This document shows positions 11,138 to 23,878 of a stretch of 64,000 nucleotides of DNA, piece by piece. Each line of letters begins with the position of its first letter. The first letter of the stretch is position 1. Source of the DNA: Folioceros fuciformis. Lineage: Eukaryota. The stretch spans positions 1-64,000 of the forward strand of contig JBNGIO010006396.1 in assembly GCA_049999805.1 (NCBI GenBank). The letters are read 5' to 3'. A program made the position numbers and the translations under genes. The notes under the pieces were generated by a model. That model saw only the letters and a list, made by a program, of their open reading frames with translations. It did not search any database and was not told the origin of the DNA.

Positions 11138-12637
11138 TGCAGATCACGGCCTGATGACCTACGCCTTGTCCCCTGCCACCAACATCTGCGCAGTCGACCG
11201 TATGGATGTGCACCTACAATTGGGGAAAGAATAAATAACGTTTTGAGACGACTGCTACGGCCGGAGGACTTTTGTGTATAAGCCTTCCTTGACTGCTGTG
11301 AAAAGGATACGTTCTTCTTTACATAGAAACAAACAGACAAACAAAAAGTGTTGTACTAGATAGGGTAAAGAATAAGATTAAAACCAGGTAGTATGACCAA
11401 GAGGAACAATTTTTATGTATCATTGTCACCCTCAATTGACTGAGTTCTTATCTAGACTTGTATGGAAGTTGTTGATATGTGGAACCCTTATTGAATGAAT
11501 GCTTGTCTAGTTAGAGGCACTTTTGAGTGATAGCTAAATCAAGGACTTGGCTATGTGACGTGACTAGTATTCCTTCCTACTATGTTAAGAGGCTGAGGTC
11601 TTTGTTCTCATAAGCAAGCTTATGTGCACCAGTGACATTCATTGGGAGTTAGGCCTTACATAGTCCCATTGTAGTCTCCTGCTTCGTCACTAGGAATTTC
11701 TCATTTTGTAGTCCTTCATCCTAGCAATATTGGCTATCTTGCTCTCTTTTGGTTCGCTTTGCTATTGAGAATCCATGATAATCATAAAGTTGGAAGTACA
11801 TCCATAAAAGGAGCAAACAAAGTTGATACAGCTAGCTAAATGCTCACCTACACCCTTAAGCATTTCAAAGATGGGCATTTGTGAGGCATTGTTGAAAGTG
11901 CATCTTCACCCAAACTTGCAAAGCCACTCAATCCCGAAAATGGCTTAATCGACTTGCAGAATCACCTCTCAATGCTCAAGTGATAGACTTTGTAGCTTGT
12001 CCCAGAAATGCTTTAATGGGCTTGTAGAATCCCCCCCCCGTGTTCAAACAATAGACTTAAAGCTTGTCCTAGAAACGGTTTAATGGGCATGCGAAACCAA
12101 GGTTTAGGGCTCAACTATAGACTTGCAGTGTCTAAGAGTAGCTACTCCCAACTGGTCAAGACAAAGGTGGCACTAGAAGTGCTGTTGAGGTTGAATCAAG
12201 TTGCACTTATATAAAATGGTCTTGAAAGCGATGATAAAGCATATAAGAAAAACCATCCGAAGGAAGACATGAAGGAGTTGTAAGTGTTTGGTTGAAGACA
12301 TTCGACCACCATGTCTAAATGAAAGGTCTCCTTCGAGATGAAGTCACAAATCACCTACAAAAATGGAGTTCCCTAGGTGAAGGGCATGAAGCCAGCAACA
12401 ACAACAATCTTCTTAGAGGCTACCTTAACTAGATGTGGGTGTAGAGCTCAAGCAACAGGAACATACTCCTTAACTTGACACATTGAGATGCAAGTCTCTA
12501 ACCCATGTGGTAAGGTGCTTGAGGTGCCCTCTCTAAAGAGTTTAGGATAAGCATATTAAAGTACTCTTATTACTATAAGATGGGATATAGAAACTATGTT
12601 GGCTATGGATTTCCTCCAAGAATCAACCATGAATAAC

Positions 12638-15600
12638 TCAAGGTCCTTCTAGACGAAGGTAATCATACATTACCCCATTAAATGGACCTGAACATTTTCT
12701 TTGGGTTAGAAACAAAACATTGGCTCCTGCTTTCAACCAAGAAGGAGATACATCTACATTCCACAAGACATACAACCCATGTATTCCATGACGTGCTATA
12801 GCGTTATCTTTGCCAAATTGCATTGTATCAAAATGTGGTTTGTAACATGAACTATTGTTGAAGCGAACCTACATACAATAACATGTCAAAAGGCATTCTC
12901 AACCCAAGTTAAAAGGATTTTTTTTCAGCTATTAAGAGTTTGTAGAACATCATCAACCTGAAGAGCTGCATTCGTCGCTGAAGCTAGAGCTATACGAAGC
13001 ATATATACTCCATTTGCAACAACAGATTCCATGTCAAATCTCACTTCCCAAGTAGTAGGTGCATAGTTGTTACCACAAACAAGCCTAAAATAGATGTCCC
13101 ATTTAGTCTTAGCAAATTGATTGTTCAATTTAAGGTTTAAGGTCTAGGGTTTATTTGAAAGCAACAATTTAGAGTTTAAGGCTTATTTGAAAGCAACAAT
13201 TTAGGGTTTAGGGTTTAAGGCTTACTTGAAAGCAACAATTTAGGGTTTAGGGTTTAAAGCTTACTTGAAAGCAACAATTTAGGGTTTATTTGAAAGCAAC
13301 AAAAAGCGCACAGTCATAATAACAAGATATAATAACAAGATAGTGATACCTGCATGCATGAATGAAAAACCAATCCTTTCTCCAATCACTCTTTCCGATA
13401 GTGAAGACTAAACCTTGAGATGGATATAGTTCACTGTATCTATCCCACAAACCATATTGTCGATACCTAGAACAAAAATCGAATTTTCTTAACAATGTAT
13501 TTTGATTTACATATACGATGTTCATTAAAATAATGCTATTCAAGGATATAAAGGTTGACTACTTCTCATTGTGGTTGATGAAAAGTCTATTAATGTATTT
13601 TAGATTCGCATTCGGAATATGGAACTCTTTTGCTGAACGATCTGGGGAGCCGATTTCCCAGATAGTCAATCCAATTCGAGGCAATGTGAACACAAGATCT
13701 CCTAATTCTTCGACAATCCCTATCACGCAAATAAAACATTAGCTTCAATGTGAGAAACATATTCTTCAAAACAGTAGATAGCACATCAAGCAAGAGAAGG
13801 AGAACCTGGATTGATAGTTATGGGGCCATGTTTATAATCACCCAAAAATCCTGGTACCCATCCATATAAATCATATGTACTAGCTCTCACATTTTTAATA
13901 GTGAAAACACCTTGCTCATCGGTTCGAGTCCAAAATTGATATCCCTGTCAATACTATATCTTGTCAATTCATCTATCATTATTTAAATTTTATGTGATTT
14001 TAATGCATATTATATTTCTCAAATTATTGTTTTGGAACTTTAGATCAATTTAGTAGGTGTTGATAATTGTTAACAAAAAATCATAATTGTTTTACGAAAA
14101 AAAAAGAGATTAAATCTGTACTAGGCTGCCCGAGATTACAATGGTAACAAATCGGGATCCACACCACGAAAAAATAAAAAAAAAGGAACTTTGAGTACCT
14201 TACTTTCTGTTTGCCATGATGCTAACTCCCCTTGGTTTGCTAATCCTATGTAAGCAAACTTAGCAGGAATATTATTTAACCACAAAAACCTGAATAAAAA
14301 GATGTATATTTCTAAGTTTTACATCAACATTGTGTGCTAATCAAAGAGCTAATCAAGAATTGATTTTTTCAAATCAACTTGTTTATGTGTAATATGAATA
14401 TGAAATAATGCAGTAGTGAAAATATGATTATTATTACTTGTCTTGTAAGGATAATTTTCCCGAAACTGACCCACGGTCATGGGCTTGAGCAAAACTAGAA
14501 GAAGCAGGCCATGCATAAGGCCAGGCATTTTGTTCAACGAACCCCTGCACACTTCAAAGTCCATATACTTGTTAGCCCTAAATCCTCAATTCTATATAGT
14601 TGTCAACCTTAAACCATTTATACTTGTTAACCCTAAACCCTAAATGCTAAAGATTTGTAAACCCTAAATGATAAACGGTTGTAAACCCTAAACCCTAAAT
14701 GCTAAATACTTAAAACCCTAAATGCTAAATACTTCTAAACCCTACATGCTAAATACTAGTAAACCCTAAATGATAAACGGTTGTAAACCCTAAACCCTAA
14801 ATGCTAAATACTTAAAACCCTAAATGCTAAATACTTCTAAACCCTACATGCTAAATACTAGTAAACCCTANNNNNNNNNNNNNNNNNNNNNNNNNNNNNN
14901 NNNNNNNNNNNNNNNNNNNNNNNNNNNNNNNNNNNNNNNNNNNNNNNNNNNNNNNNNNNNNNNNNNNNNNAAATACTAGTAAACCCTATATGCTAAATAC
15001 TTGTAAACCCTAAATGCTAAATACTTGTAAACCCTAAATGCTAAATACTTGTTAACGCTAAATGCTAAATACTTGTTAACCCTAAACGCCAAATACTTGT
15101 TAATGCTAAATAATTATCAATCCTAAACCCTGTGTGCTTGTTAATCTTGAACCCTATGCTTATTAACCCTAAACCCAAACTGCTTGTTAATCTTGAACCC
15201 TATGCTTACTAACCCTAAACCCTAAATACTTATCAACTGTGAACCCTATATACCTGTTAANNNNNNNNNNNNNNNNNNNNNNNNNNNNNNNNNNNNNNNN
15301 NNNNNNNNNNNNNNNNNNNNNNNNNNNNNNNNNNNNNNNNNNNNNNNNNNNNNNNNNNNNACCCTATATACCTGTTAACCCTAAACCCTAGATACTTATT
15401 AGTCATAAACCCTAAACCCTAAACTCTAAAACCAATTTATATATAATATTGCATATAAGTAGAATTACTACATCTTAGTGATTATCTTCACCTTTTGCTT
15501 AGCGTCCTCCCAAAGAAGTGGAACATGGTTTTCAGAATTTGTACAATTCAAATAAATAAATACTGGACCGAAAACCTTTTCCCACGACTCCCCACATTGA

Positions 15601-17229
15601 AAATGAGCTAGACATGCTGACCCCACATAATGGGCACTATGAAACATCTGTGCATACATGCAATAAAATTGAGAGTTTGAAAAAATAAAAATAAAAATTA
15701 CATTTTTTAAAACTATTAAGATATACCAAAACTTACACAAAGACAAGTAGGTCCAACATGAGATGTTAGATTATACTTAGTTGGGCCTCCATTGCAAAAT
15801 TCTTGACTTCCTTTGATTATCCAAAACCCCATCTTTGGGTTTGAGCTAATCCAGCCGTGCACATGATTATCTTGGTTCTCGCAAGAGTATTGATACTTAT
15901 CGTCAACCTGTTCTCTCCATCAAGTTTATAAAATTTCACAAAATTAAGCGACATACGTAATTAATTACCAATGACGCTCACCTCTCCTCGTAGAGCTGGA
16001 TTTGATGGATTAAGCAGCAACACAGCCTCTCGAAATGCAAGTTGTTGACAATTTCGTGACAATAAATCATCAGGCGATGGCATTATTCTTTGCTTAGTAT
16101 CAGCCAAAGCCATGTACTTAAACCTACATCGAGTTGAATAAAAGTTAAAACGTGAAGGGTTCGACATTAAATCAAACACCCATTTTAATTTCTACCAAAC
16201 AACGATTTTATTATGATTTTGTCAACAACCTATCCTTGCGAAGCTTAAATGTGATGCGCGTTTGGTTTAAACTAAACTCAGGCCAGCTTGCAACCTTACT
16301 ATAGATAGCATATGAATAGAACCCCGAGCTTCCTCTACAAAGCACAAATCTAAATCATGAACAACAATAACCGTAAGTAGGAACTCAATAATCTAGACAC
16401 AAGCTATTAAAATTTATAATAATTAAAAAAGATTTTTTTCACGGGACTTAACCGTCTTTCAATGTTTAAAGGTACCGCATTACTTCCAAGCTCATAAATT
16501 CTTGTAAATGATAACTCCACTTTATCTCCATTATCATAAATAATATCGAACCGAGTTGCATTTGGTCTGCGATAGCAATAACTTAGAGATAAAAAAATGC
16601 AAAAAATATAATCCTACCTTAATACAAATGCAGAGAACACAAGATTTGGTTGCTGGTTGCTTACACATCAAAAATATCATTTCCACTAGGTGCATTCCAA
16701 TTTAAGTCCCAATATCTATTTTTAGAATAATTTAATTATTTTTTCAACCAAATATAAAGCATAATGAAAAGCCTTGATTATTGGGTTCAACTACTCATTC
16801 ATGAAATCAACAACACTTCAAAATAATAATAGTAAAAATCACAAAAAACAACTTTGAACATTTTATTCATTAACTTCTTTTTACAAAAATCAAATACATG
16901 CAGTACTAAAATAATACTCCTTCACTTAATCCGAATTCTTTTCTTCTGGAAAAAAAAAAAATACCCTCTATTATGCTCTTTATTTAAAACTTCAAGAATG
17001 TTACTTAAGCCTCCATATTTGATGCCAGTTATAAGTCCACCAGGTTTTGAAAATGTGATGGAGAGAATACCATTCTCCAAAATTAGCTGATTAAGAAAAG
17101 AAATTAGGGATATTTTTTGTTTTTTGGAAAATGAATGAATAAATTCATGACAATAATCCACTCTCTCACATGATTGTCTTGCTCCAAGATGTTGACGTCT
17201 GAATCCAAGCCATGACGGAAATTAGCCAT
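12638..17229 (-). CDS. Rhamnogalacturonan lyase (PL4), 15 coding exons, apparently intact
   Basis: Hand-spliced exons give ENGILSITFSKPGG, NRGYWDLNW, SGFYSYAIY, VDDKYQYS, HGWIS, SHVGPT, MFHSAHY, GPVFIYLN, GYQFWT, WEIGSPDRSAKEF, RQYGLWDRY, DNAIARHGIHG and MYDYLRLEGP*. All junctions are GT-AG and in frame. Confidence 0.93.
13130..13300 (+). repeat. Intronic minisatellite of TTTAGGG telomere motifs plus a constant spacer (CTTACTTGAAAGCAACAA), about 5 copies
   Basis: TTGAAAGCAACAA recurs five times, separated by 1-3 TTTAGGG/TTTAAGG heptamers. Confidence 0.85.
14570..15430 (+). repeat. Intronic telomere-like satellite, ~24-bp unit AAACCCTAAATGCTAAATACTTGT, spanning two N-gaps
   Basis: Many imperfect tandem copies are directly visible. 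True length is unknown because of the gaps. Confidence 0.9.
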
Positions 17230-17826
17230 TTTTGAAATTAGTAAGAGAAATTCGCTTCAAGGTTGCGTGTGATGTGTGATGTGTGATGCGTGATTCGTGA
17301 TTTTTTAGGGTTGGGAGGATCCAGGTGTGACGAATTTGAATTCGTGGAGGCTTGAAATATGAAATATGAAATGCGAAATGCATGGGGTAGTAGTTGCTTG
17401 CAAGTCTTGGCATTTATAGCATAGGCATGTACAGTACTAGAGTACGGTAAATCGTGAGCGACGGTGGCAGGCCTGTGTGTTGTTAGCGGTTATCCTGTTA
17501 GTGTGGAGTCAAGGGAAGCGGAAAGGGGGCCGGGAGCCGGTGGGGCCCCGGCCCTAATCATCTTCGGACTGAGCAACACGGTGTTGGCGCCCACATCTCT
17601 CCCACACAATTTCCACTGCCTTGCACGCCCCAGGCGCACGCAGCAGCGATTTGCAACCCCAGGCTGTGTGCGCTCCTTGGCGCTGAGCAGGCCGGGACGA
17701 TGGTGGGTCGCTTCCGCCACGCTCCCGCCCCGCGCACTGAGCGTCCGCAGCGGCAGCCGCAGCGTGGAGACGGTTGCGCGACACACCGCCTGGTTCCAAT
17801 GGAGTAGCCCGCGGAGCTCACTTTCC

Positions 17827-17871
17827 ATGGCAGTGGATGGCAGCAGCAGCATCGAGGTCTCAGCGGCGTGA
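17827..17871 (+). promoter_or_regulatory. Candidate uORF (MAVDGSSSIEVSAA*) whose TGA overlaps the BRUTUS ATG
   Basis: ATG at 17827 (tccATGG). Stop TGA at 17869-17871 shares its A with the ATG at 17871-17873. Confidence 0.5.
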
Positions 17872-20800
17872 TGGCGACTCCGGTGGCGCTGTCCTGTGCG
17901 ACATCGGCGCTGCCCTCGTCTTCTTCCTCGACGGGACAGGGCCATGGCCAGGGTCAGGGTCAAGGTCAAGGCCGCGGCCCCGTCTCCCCGCCTCCCTTCA
18001 TCGAGCTGCTCTACTTTCACAAGGCGATCCGGGCGGAGCTGGAGCGGTTGCACCAGGATGCCCTCGCCGTGGAGCATGGGAGTGAACGGGAGGTGCGGGC
18101 GCTCGTCGATCGATACTTCTTCCTGCTCTCCATCTATAATCACCACAGTAAAGTGGAGGATGAGGTAGCGGCGTTTTAGGTCAATTTTGGGAAAATGGAG
18201 TTTTGTGATGTCTGGGAGGGAGGCTCAAGTGCATGCGGGCTGCAGGTCCTGTTCGCGGCGTTGGATCTTCGTGTCAAGAACGTTGCTTCTGCGTACTTGC
18301 TCGAGCATCAGGTGGCATCGAATTTGTTTGATCAGATGTCCGCTCATCTGACCGCGGCGTTGAAGGAGAAGGGGAATGTTTCTGCTCACCTCCGCCGAGA
18401 CATTATCGGGTGTGCGGAAGCCATTCAGACTACTCTCAATCAGCATTTGTCGAAGGAGGAGGAACATGTGAGTGGGTTTGGAATGCCAGCTGGGAGATTC
18501 CGGTCTGGCTGAGGTACTGATTCAGTTCATGCTTTACTCGGCAGGTGTTCCCGCTTCTTTTTCGGCATTTCAATCATGAAGAGCAAGCAGCTTTAGTGTG
18601 GCAGTTCATATGTAGCTTTCCGGTGAACTTGATGGAGAAATTTCTGCCCTGGCTTGCGTCGTCTCTGTCTCTGGAAGAGAAGAACCAGATGGTTGCCTGC
18701 CTGCAAGAGATTGTCCCGAGGGAGGAGTTACTTCAAAAGGTGTTTTCTCGTCTGGAGGTTTTGAACTTTCCGATCGCTGCGGATTATTTTTGCTGTGCTC
18801 TGAAAGATTTCGAAATTTCTTGTGTATGCGGAAAAAGGTTGTTTCGACCTGGCTGGAGGGGGGTGCTATGGCAACGGAGCTCAGAGGTCCTGGAAGCATG
18901 TCCTTGTTATCCATTTGCTCTGAGTCCTTTTGGGAGCTGGTACAGGAGTCTTCCAATGGCAGGATGGAGGACAGTTCTGCCCTCTATTGTCAGGATGATG
19001 GCTCACCGGAAATTGTGAACGATCCAAATGATGGAACAGAAGAGATGGATTCAGTTGAGGATGACTGCCAGAAAGAAGCTGGAGGCTTACAAGGGTGTGT
19101 CAAGCTTCCTATTAATGAGCTCCTGTACTGGCATAATGCCATTCGGAAAGAGCTGCAAAAATTTGTCGACGAAGCACATAAATTTGAATTTTCGGATTCA
19201 GTTTCCCCCTCAGCTTTGGCCTCCTTCATTGAACAATTGCAATTTTTGGCAGATGTATGCATATTTCACAGGTGGGACCACTCTTTCGCCACTCTTCCCC
19301 CTTGTTTGATTCACGGATGGGTGTGCCGTAGTGTTGAAAACGCTCTCATTTCAGTGCTGCAGAAGATAATGTCGTCTTCCCAGCTGTTGGCCTGAAAGTG
19401 AAGCGCCCAGTGTCCTACGCGGCAAGGCATGCAGAAGAAGAACAACAGTTTGATGATGCTCGGAAGCTGCTTGCGGATTTTCAGTTTGCTGGACTTGGCA
19501 GTCCTAGAGCATGTGCTATCCACAAAAGGCTGTGTGCTCAGGCAGAGCACATAGTGGAGACAGTCAAACAGCATTTGCTGGATGAAGAAGTCGAGGTGCA
19601 GATTCTGTTTCATGTCGTGATTTGTGTGCATGTAAGGGGACCCATTGCTGGTCCCATAGGTTGTACAATTCAAGAATTTCCTCTCTCAACGTCTCCTCTT
19701 TCAGATTCTACCACTTGCTCGGAAGCACTGCAGTGTGGAGGAGCAGCGGCTAATGCTGTATGAAAGCCTTCGCGTAATGCCACTCAAGTTTTTGGAGAGA
19801 GCGCTCCCTTGGCTTGTTGCAGTACTGACTGAAGACGAGGCCAGAGATATGCTCTGCAACATGCATTTAGCTGGTTAATCTCCTTCCTCGTCTTCACACT
19901 TTCTCCATTTCCTGTTGCTCTCTCCCTACTCTGTATGATCTTCCTTTCCTTCGTCCCCGTGGTGGCCTTCTTGCTAGTATTGTTCTGCCTCGTGGTGCAT
20001 GCCTTTTTCTCCTTGTCTCCTGTGTCCACCATTTAGCTCGGGTACTGTCTTGGTGCTGTCATGGATGTCTTGGAGTTAATGCTTGTATCTGATGTGTGTG
20101 TGTGTGTGCAGCTCCCGACACAGACAAGGCCTTAGTAACACTATTCTCTGGTTGGGCTTGCAAAGGACAACTAAGCAGTTGCATCAAGGCACGTCCATTC
20201 AGGTGTCTGTCAACCTGCTCAGCACATCCTTGTTCAAAAATGCCCGACTCAACCATTGCAGAACTGAAGAACCCTGTGGATAGGCTGGGGAAGTCATCAC
20301 TTGTGGATGACGTTCAAACTCTTGGACAGACATTTGAGAGGCCTGTGAAGCGTGCACGCAATGAAAGGACGGAAGAAAGAGGAGACTTAATCTTCAGCTG
20401 TGGAAATGCTGCACTGCAAGAAGGAACAGGCAAGCCAATGGTCAAGCACATGTGTTGTGCTCCTGAATTAGGCATGAGTCCCATACTTGGAACTGGGGCT
20501 GCGAGGTCAATCGGAAGTGCATGCCGCTCTGTCTTGCATGATGGGCTGCAGGGACAAAGTTCCGGTTCTCTGGGCTCCAGTTTATTTGGCTGGGGTAGCA
20601 CCAGGGGCACTGTCTCAAATGGCCCTCGTCCGAAACCGATTGACCACATCTTTCAGTTTCACAAAGCCATCAAAAAAGACTTAGAATATCTTGATATCGA
20701 ATCTGCCAAGCTCTCTGACTGCGATGATGAATTCCTGAGGCAGTTTAGCGGGAGGTTCACCTTCTTACAAGGTCTTTATCGGGCCCACAGCAATGCCGAA

Positions 20801-23188
20801 GATGATATTGTGTTTCCAGCGTTGGAAGCCAAGGACGGCCTCCACAACATAAGTCACTCATACAGTATTGATCACAAACAGGAAGAGCAGCTTTTTGCGG
20901 AAATTTCTGATGTTTTTTCTGAGCTTCTCGCTCTTCATAGTAAAACTAAAATGGAGCTAGGAGTAGAGAGGGAGTGGGCTAGGGAGGGGAACATTCGGAG
21001 TGATGTGGGCAAACGACGTGCAGTTGCTTCCAAACTGCAGCGAATGTTCAAATCTGTCCGGGTTAGCCTGGACCAACATGTGTCTAGAGAAGAAGTGGCG
21101 TTGTGGCCTTTGTTTGACGTACATTTCACAATAGAAGAGCAGGATAACATTATTGGCCGAATCATTGGGACAACTGGAGCTGAAGTTCTACAGGCAATGA
21201 TTCCTTGGGTTACCACAGCTCTTACGGAGGAGGAGCAAACCACCATGCTGAGTACATGGAGGCAAGCTACTCGGAACACTATGTTTGACAAGTGGCTAAG
21301 TGCTTGGTGGAAGGAGTCGCCAGACTCTGTCCCTGAATCTATATCTTCGCCATCAGATAAGGATGCCTTCCCACCCTCAGGGACCAGTGAATCCCTTCAG
21401 ATGGTGGCAGATTATCTGGAACTGACGAACCAGGAGACTAAGGGGTCGCTCGAGCCTCACGATGAAGAAGCGAGTACGGATTGTAAATGTTCTGAAATTC
21501 CAGAGAGTATTGGTGCCCGGCCTGAACGTGCTGGTGATGGTGACAGGCCCGAATATGCTAGTGATGGTTGGCGTTCAGTGTCATCATTCGACAACAAGGA
21601 AACAGATAGCGAGAAGTTCAGGCCAGGGTGGCAAAGTATCTTCCGCATGAATCAGAAAGAAGTGGAAGCCGCCATAAGAAAAGTCTCCAGTGACAGCTCC
21701 CTCGACCCTCGTCAAAAATCGTATCTCATTCAGAATCTTATGACCAGGTAGGATAGCAAACCTTGCTCTGTCTGTTGTATGGACAGTTGACTTTGCAGAC
21801 ACACGCATTTGAATATATTTCCCACTACTGTTATATCGCTTTGAGTATACCTGGAGTTATTCTTACTAGGGGATCTTTTGTGGGTTAGCCGTTGGATTGT
21901 GGCTCAGCAGAAGTTAACACAATCAGAGGCAGATAAGGGGTTGGATTCGGTGGGAGATGTACCTGGGCGGGTGAGGTCGTTTCATAATGAGGATGCAGGA
22001 GTATACGGCTGTGAGCATTACAAGAGGAACTGCAAACTTCGAGCTGCTTGCTGCGGTTCTCTCTTCACTTGTCGATTTTGCCATGATAAAGTCAGTGACC
22101 ACAGTATGGACAGGTAGTGGCTGATGTAAAGCTGGCATAAGGCATGTTGAAGGCAAGAAACATGGTGTGGGTTTTATCTGACAAAGGCTCTCTCTTTCAG
22201 GCATGCTACTATGGAGGTGATGTGCATGAAGTGTTTGGAGATCCAGCCTGTGTCTCAATATTGTATTACTCCCTCATGTAATGGGTACCGTATGGCACGC
22301 TACTTCTGTAGCATCTGCAAGTTTTTCGATGATGATAGCAGGTAGTGTGTTCTGCATGTTGCTGATCGATCGACTTACCCTCCAGTTCCTCATGGTTGGC
22401 GGGTGGCTTATGTAGCGGGTTGCTCTGAATTGGTTTCTTATTTTGTGTGCAGGGACATATACCACTGTCCATCTTGCAACCTTTGCAGAGTAGGGAAGGG
22501 ACTTGGCATAGACTTCTTCCACTGTATGACTTGCAATTCGTGTATGTCCAAAAGCCTCACGAGTCACAAGTGCCGGGAGAAAGGACTCGAGTCCAATTGT
22601 CCCATTTGTCATGATTTTCTGTTCACGTCAAACACTCCAGTGAAGGCTCTTCGCTGCAACCATTTTATGCACTCAGCTTGCTTTCAGGTGGGGGCCTTAT
22701 CTACTAGCGGCCAGCGTATGAAATTGTCTTCATTGTTTCTTCGTCTGGAAAACTCATTTGCCGGCACGGTGCAGGCTTACACTTGCAGCAACTACACCTG
22801 TCCAATATGTAGCAAGTCGCTTGGAGATATGTCGGTATGTCTCGTCAGCCCTCGGTGCTCTGGTCATTTGGCACAATTGGTTGGAAAGCTGCTTTTTTTA
22901 CTAACCAATCTGTGTGGTAGGTATACTTCGGGATGCTTGATGCCTTATTGGCTGCAGAACGGCTTCCAGATGAGTATCGCAGTCGTCGGCAGGTGTGTGG
23001 GAGTGTCCAGTCTCGGCAACTCTGCGATTCGTGGCACTTATGTAGCGAAACCTGTGGAAAATCACTAACTTAATGTTCATGAACAGGAAATACTCTGCAA
23101 TGACTGTGAACAGAAAGGGACTGCACGGTTTCACTGGTTGTACCATAAATGTGGCACTTGTGGATCTTACAACACTCGGGCAATCTGA
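17871..23188 (+). CDS. BTS: BRUTUS/HRZ iron-sensing E3 ligase (3 hemerythrin domains, CHY and CTCHY zinc fingers, RING, zinc ribbon), about 13 exons
   Basis: FHKAIRAEL..HHSKVEDEV, WHNAIRKEL, PIDHIFQFHKAIKKDLEYLD, YRAHSNAEDDIVFPALE, GCEHYKRNCKLRAACC, CPICHDFLFTS, CPICSKSLGDM and KCGTCGSYNTRAI*. Confidence 0.96.
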
Positions 23189-23878
23189 GGCCTAAGTCTG
23201 GCGCTTGTTTTCATGGTCAGAACTAAAGCCCCTCTCACATTTCAGTAAGCCAACTGTCGTAACGTTGTTTCTTTATTATGTATTCACGTTTGAGCACTCA
23301 TTCTAAATGACAGCAAGTGGATCATGGGAGCGTAGCGCCTGGGGCGTACAGATTTCCTGCCTTACGCTTTAGACTGGACATTGGTACGTCTCATCGTTTG
23401 CCAGTTCCTAAACGAGAGTTGGCGAAAGTGGAAGCAGCGTGCGCGAGCCTGAGCTCCGATCCGATTGTTTCGCAGGTCAAACTATGCGCAGTGTGGAGGT
23501 GGAAATGGCGCTTCACCGTAGAATATAGTGGCTGAATCAAGTTACGATGACGAGCAGAGGGTGAGGATGTAAATGAATGTAAAGCATATCTGGATATGTT
23601 TTCGATGTATTCCTGCGATGTATCGTTCTGATGGTAATATCGTGAGATGTGTGTCTCGTCCTCGTGGGGCGGTTTAAAGAATTTGCGATGGCACGTACAG
23701 GAGTGTTTACTTCCAAGGAAATGATTTATGTCCCACTTGCCTGTCCATCTAAATGAATTTCTTTTCTCCCGATAAATTTCTGGACGAAGTTTGGGAAAGT
23801 ACGAAAAAATGGACACAAAGTTGTTGGAATCTCCATCTCCTTGCGTAGAAAGAATTGAGCTGTGCTGAAGAATCGTTT

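Noticed and set aside
11340-12630. Degenerate repeat-like DNA between ALG13 and the lyase
   Set aside because: All frames are broken and no family could be recognised.
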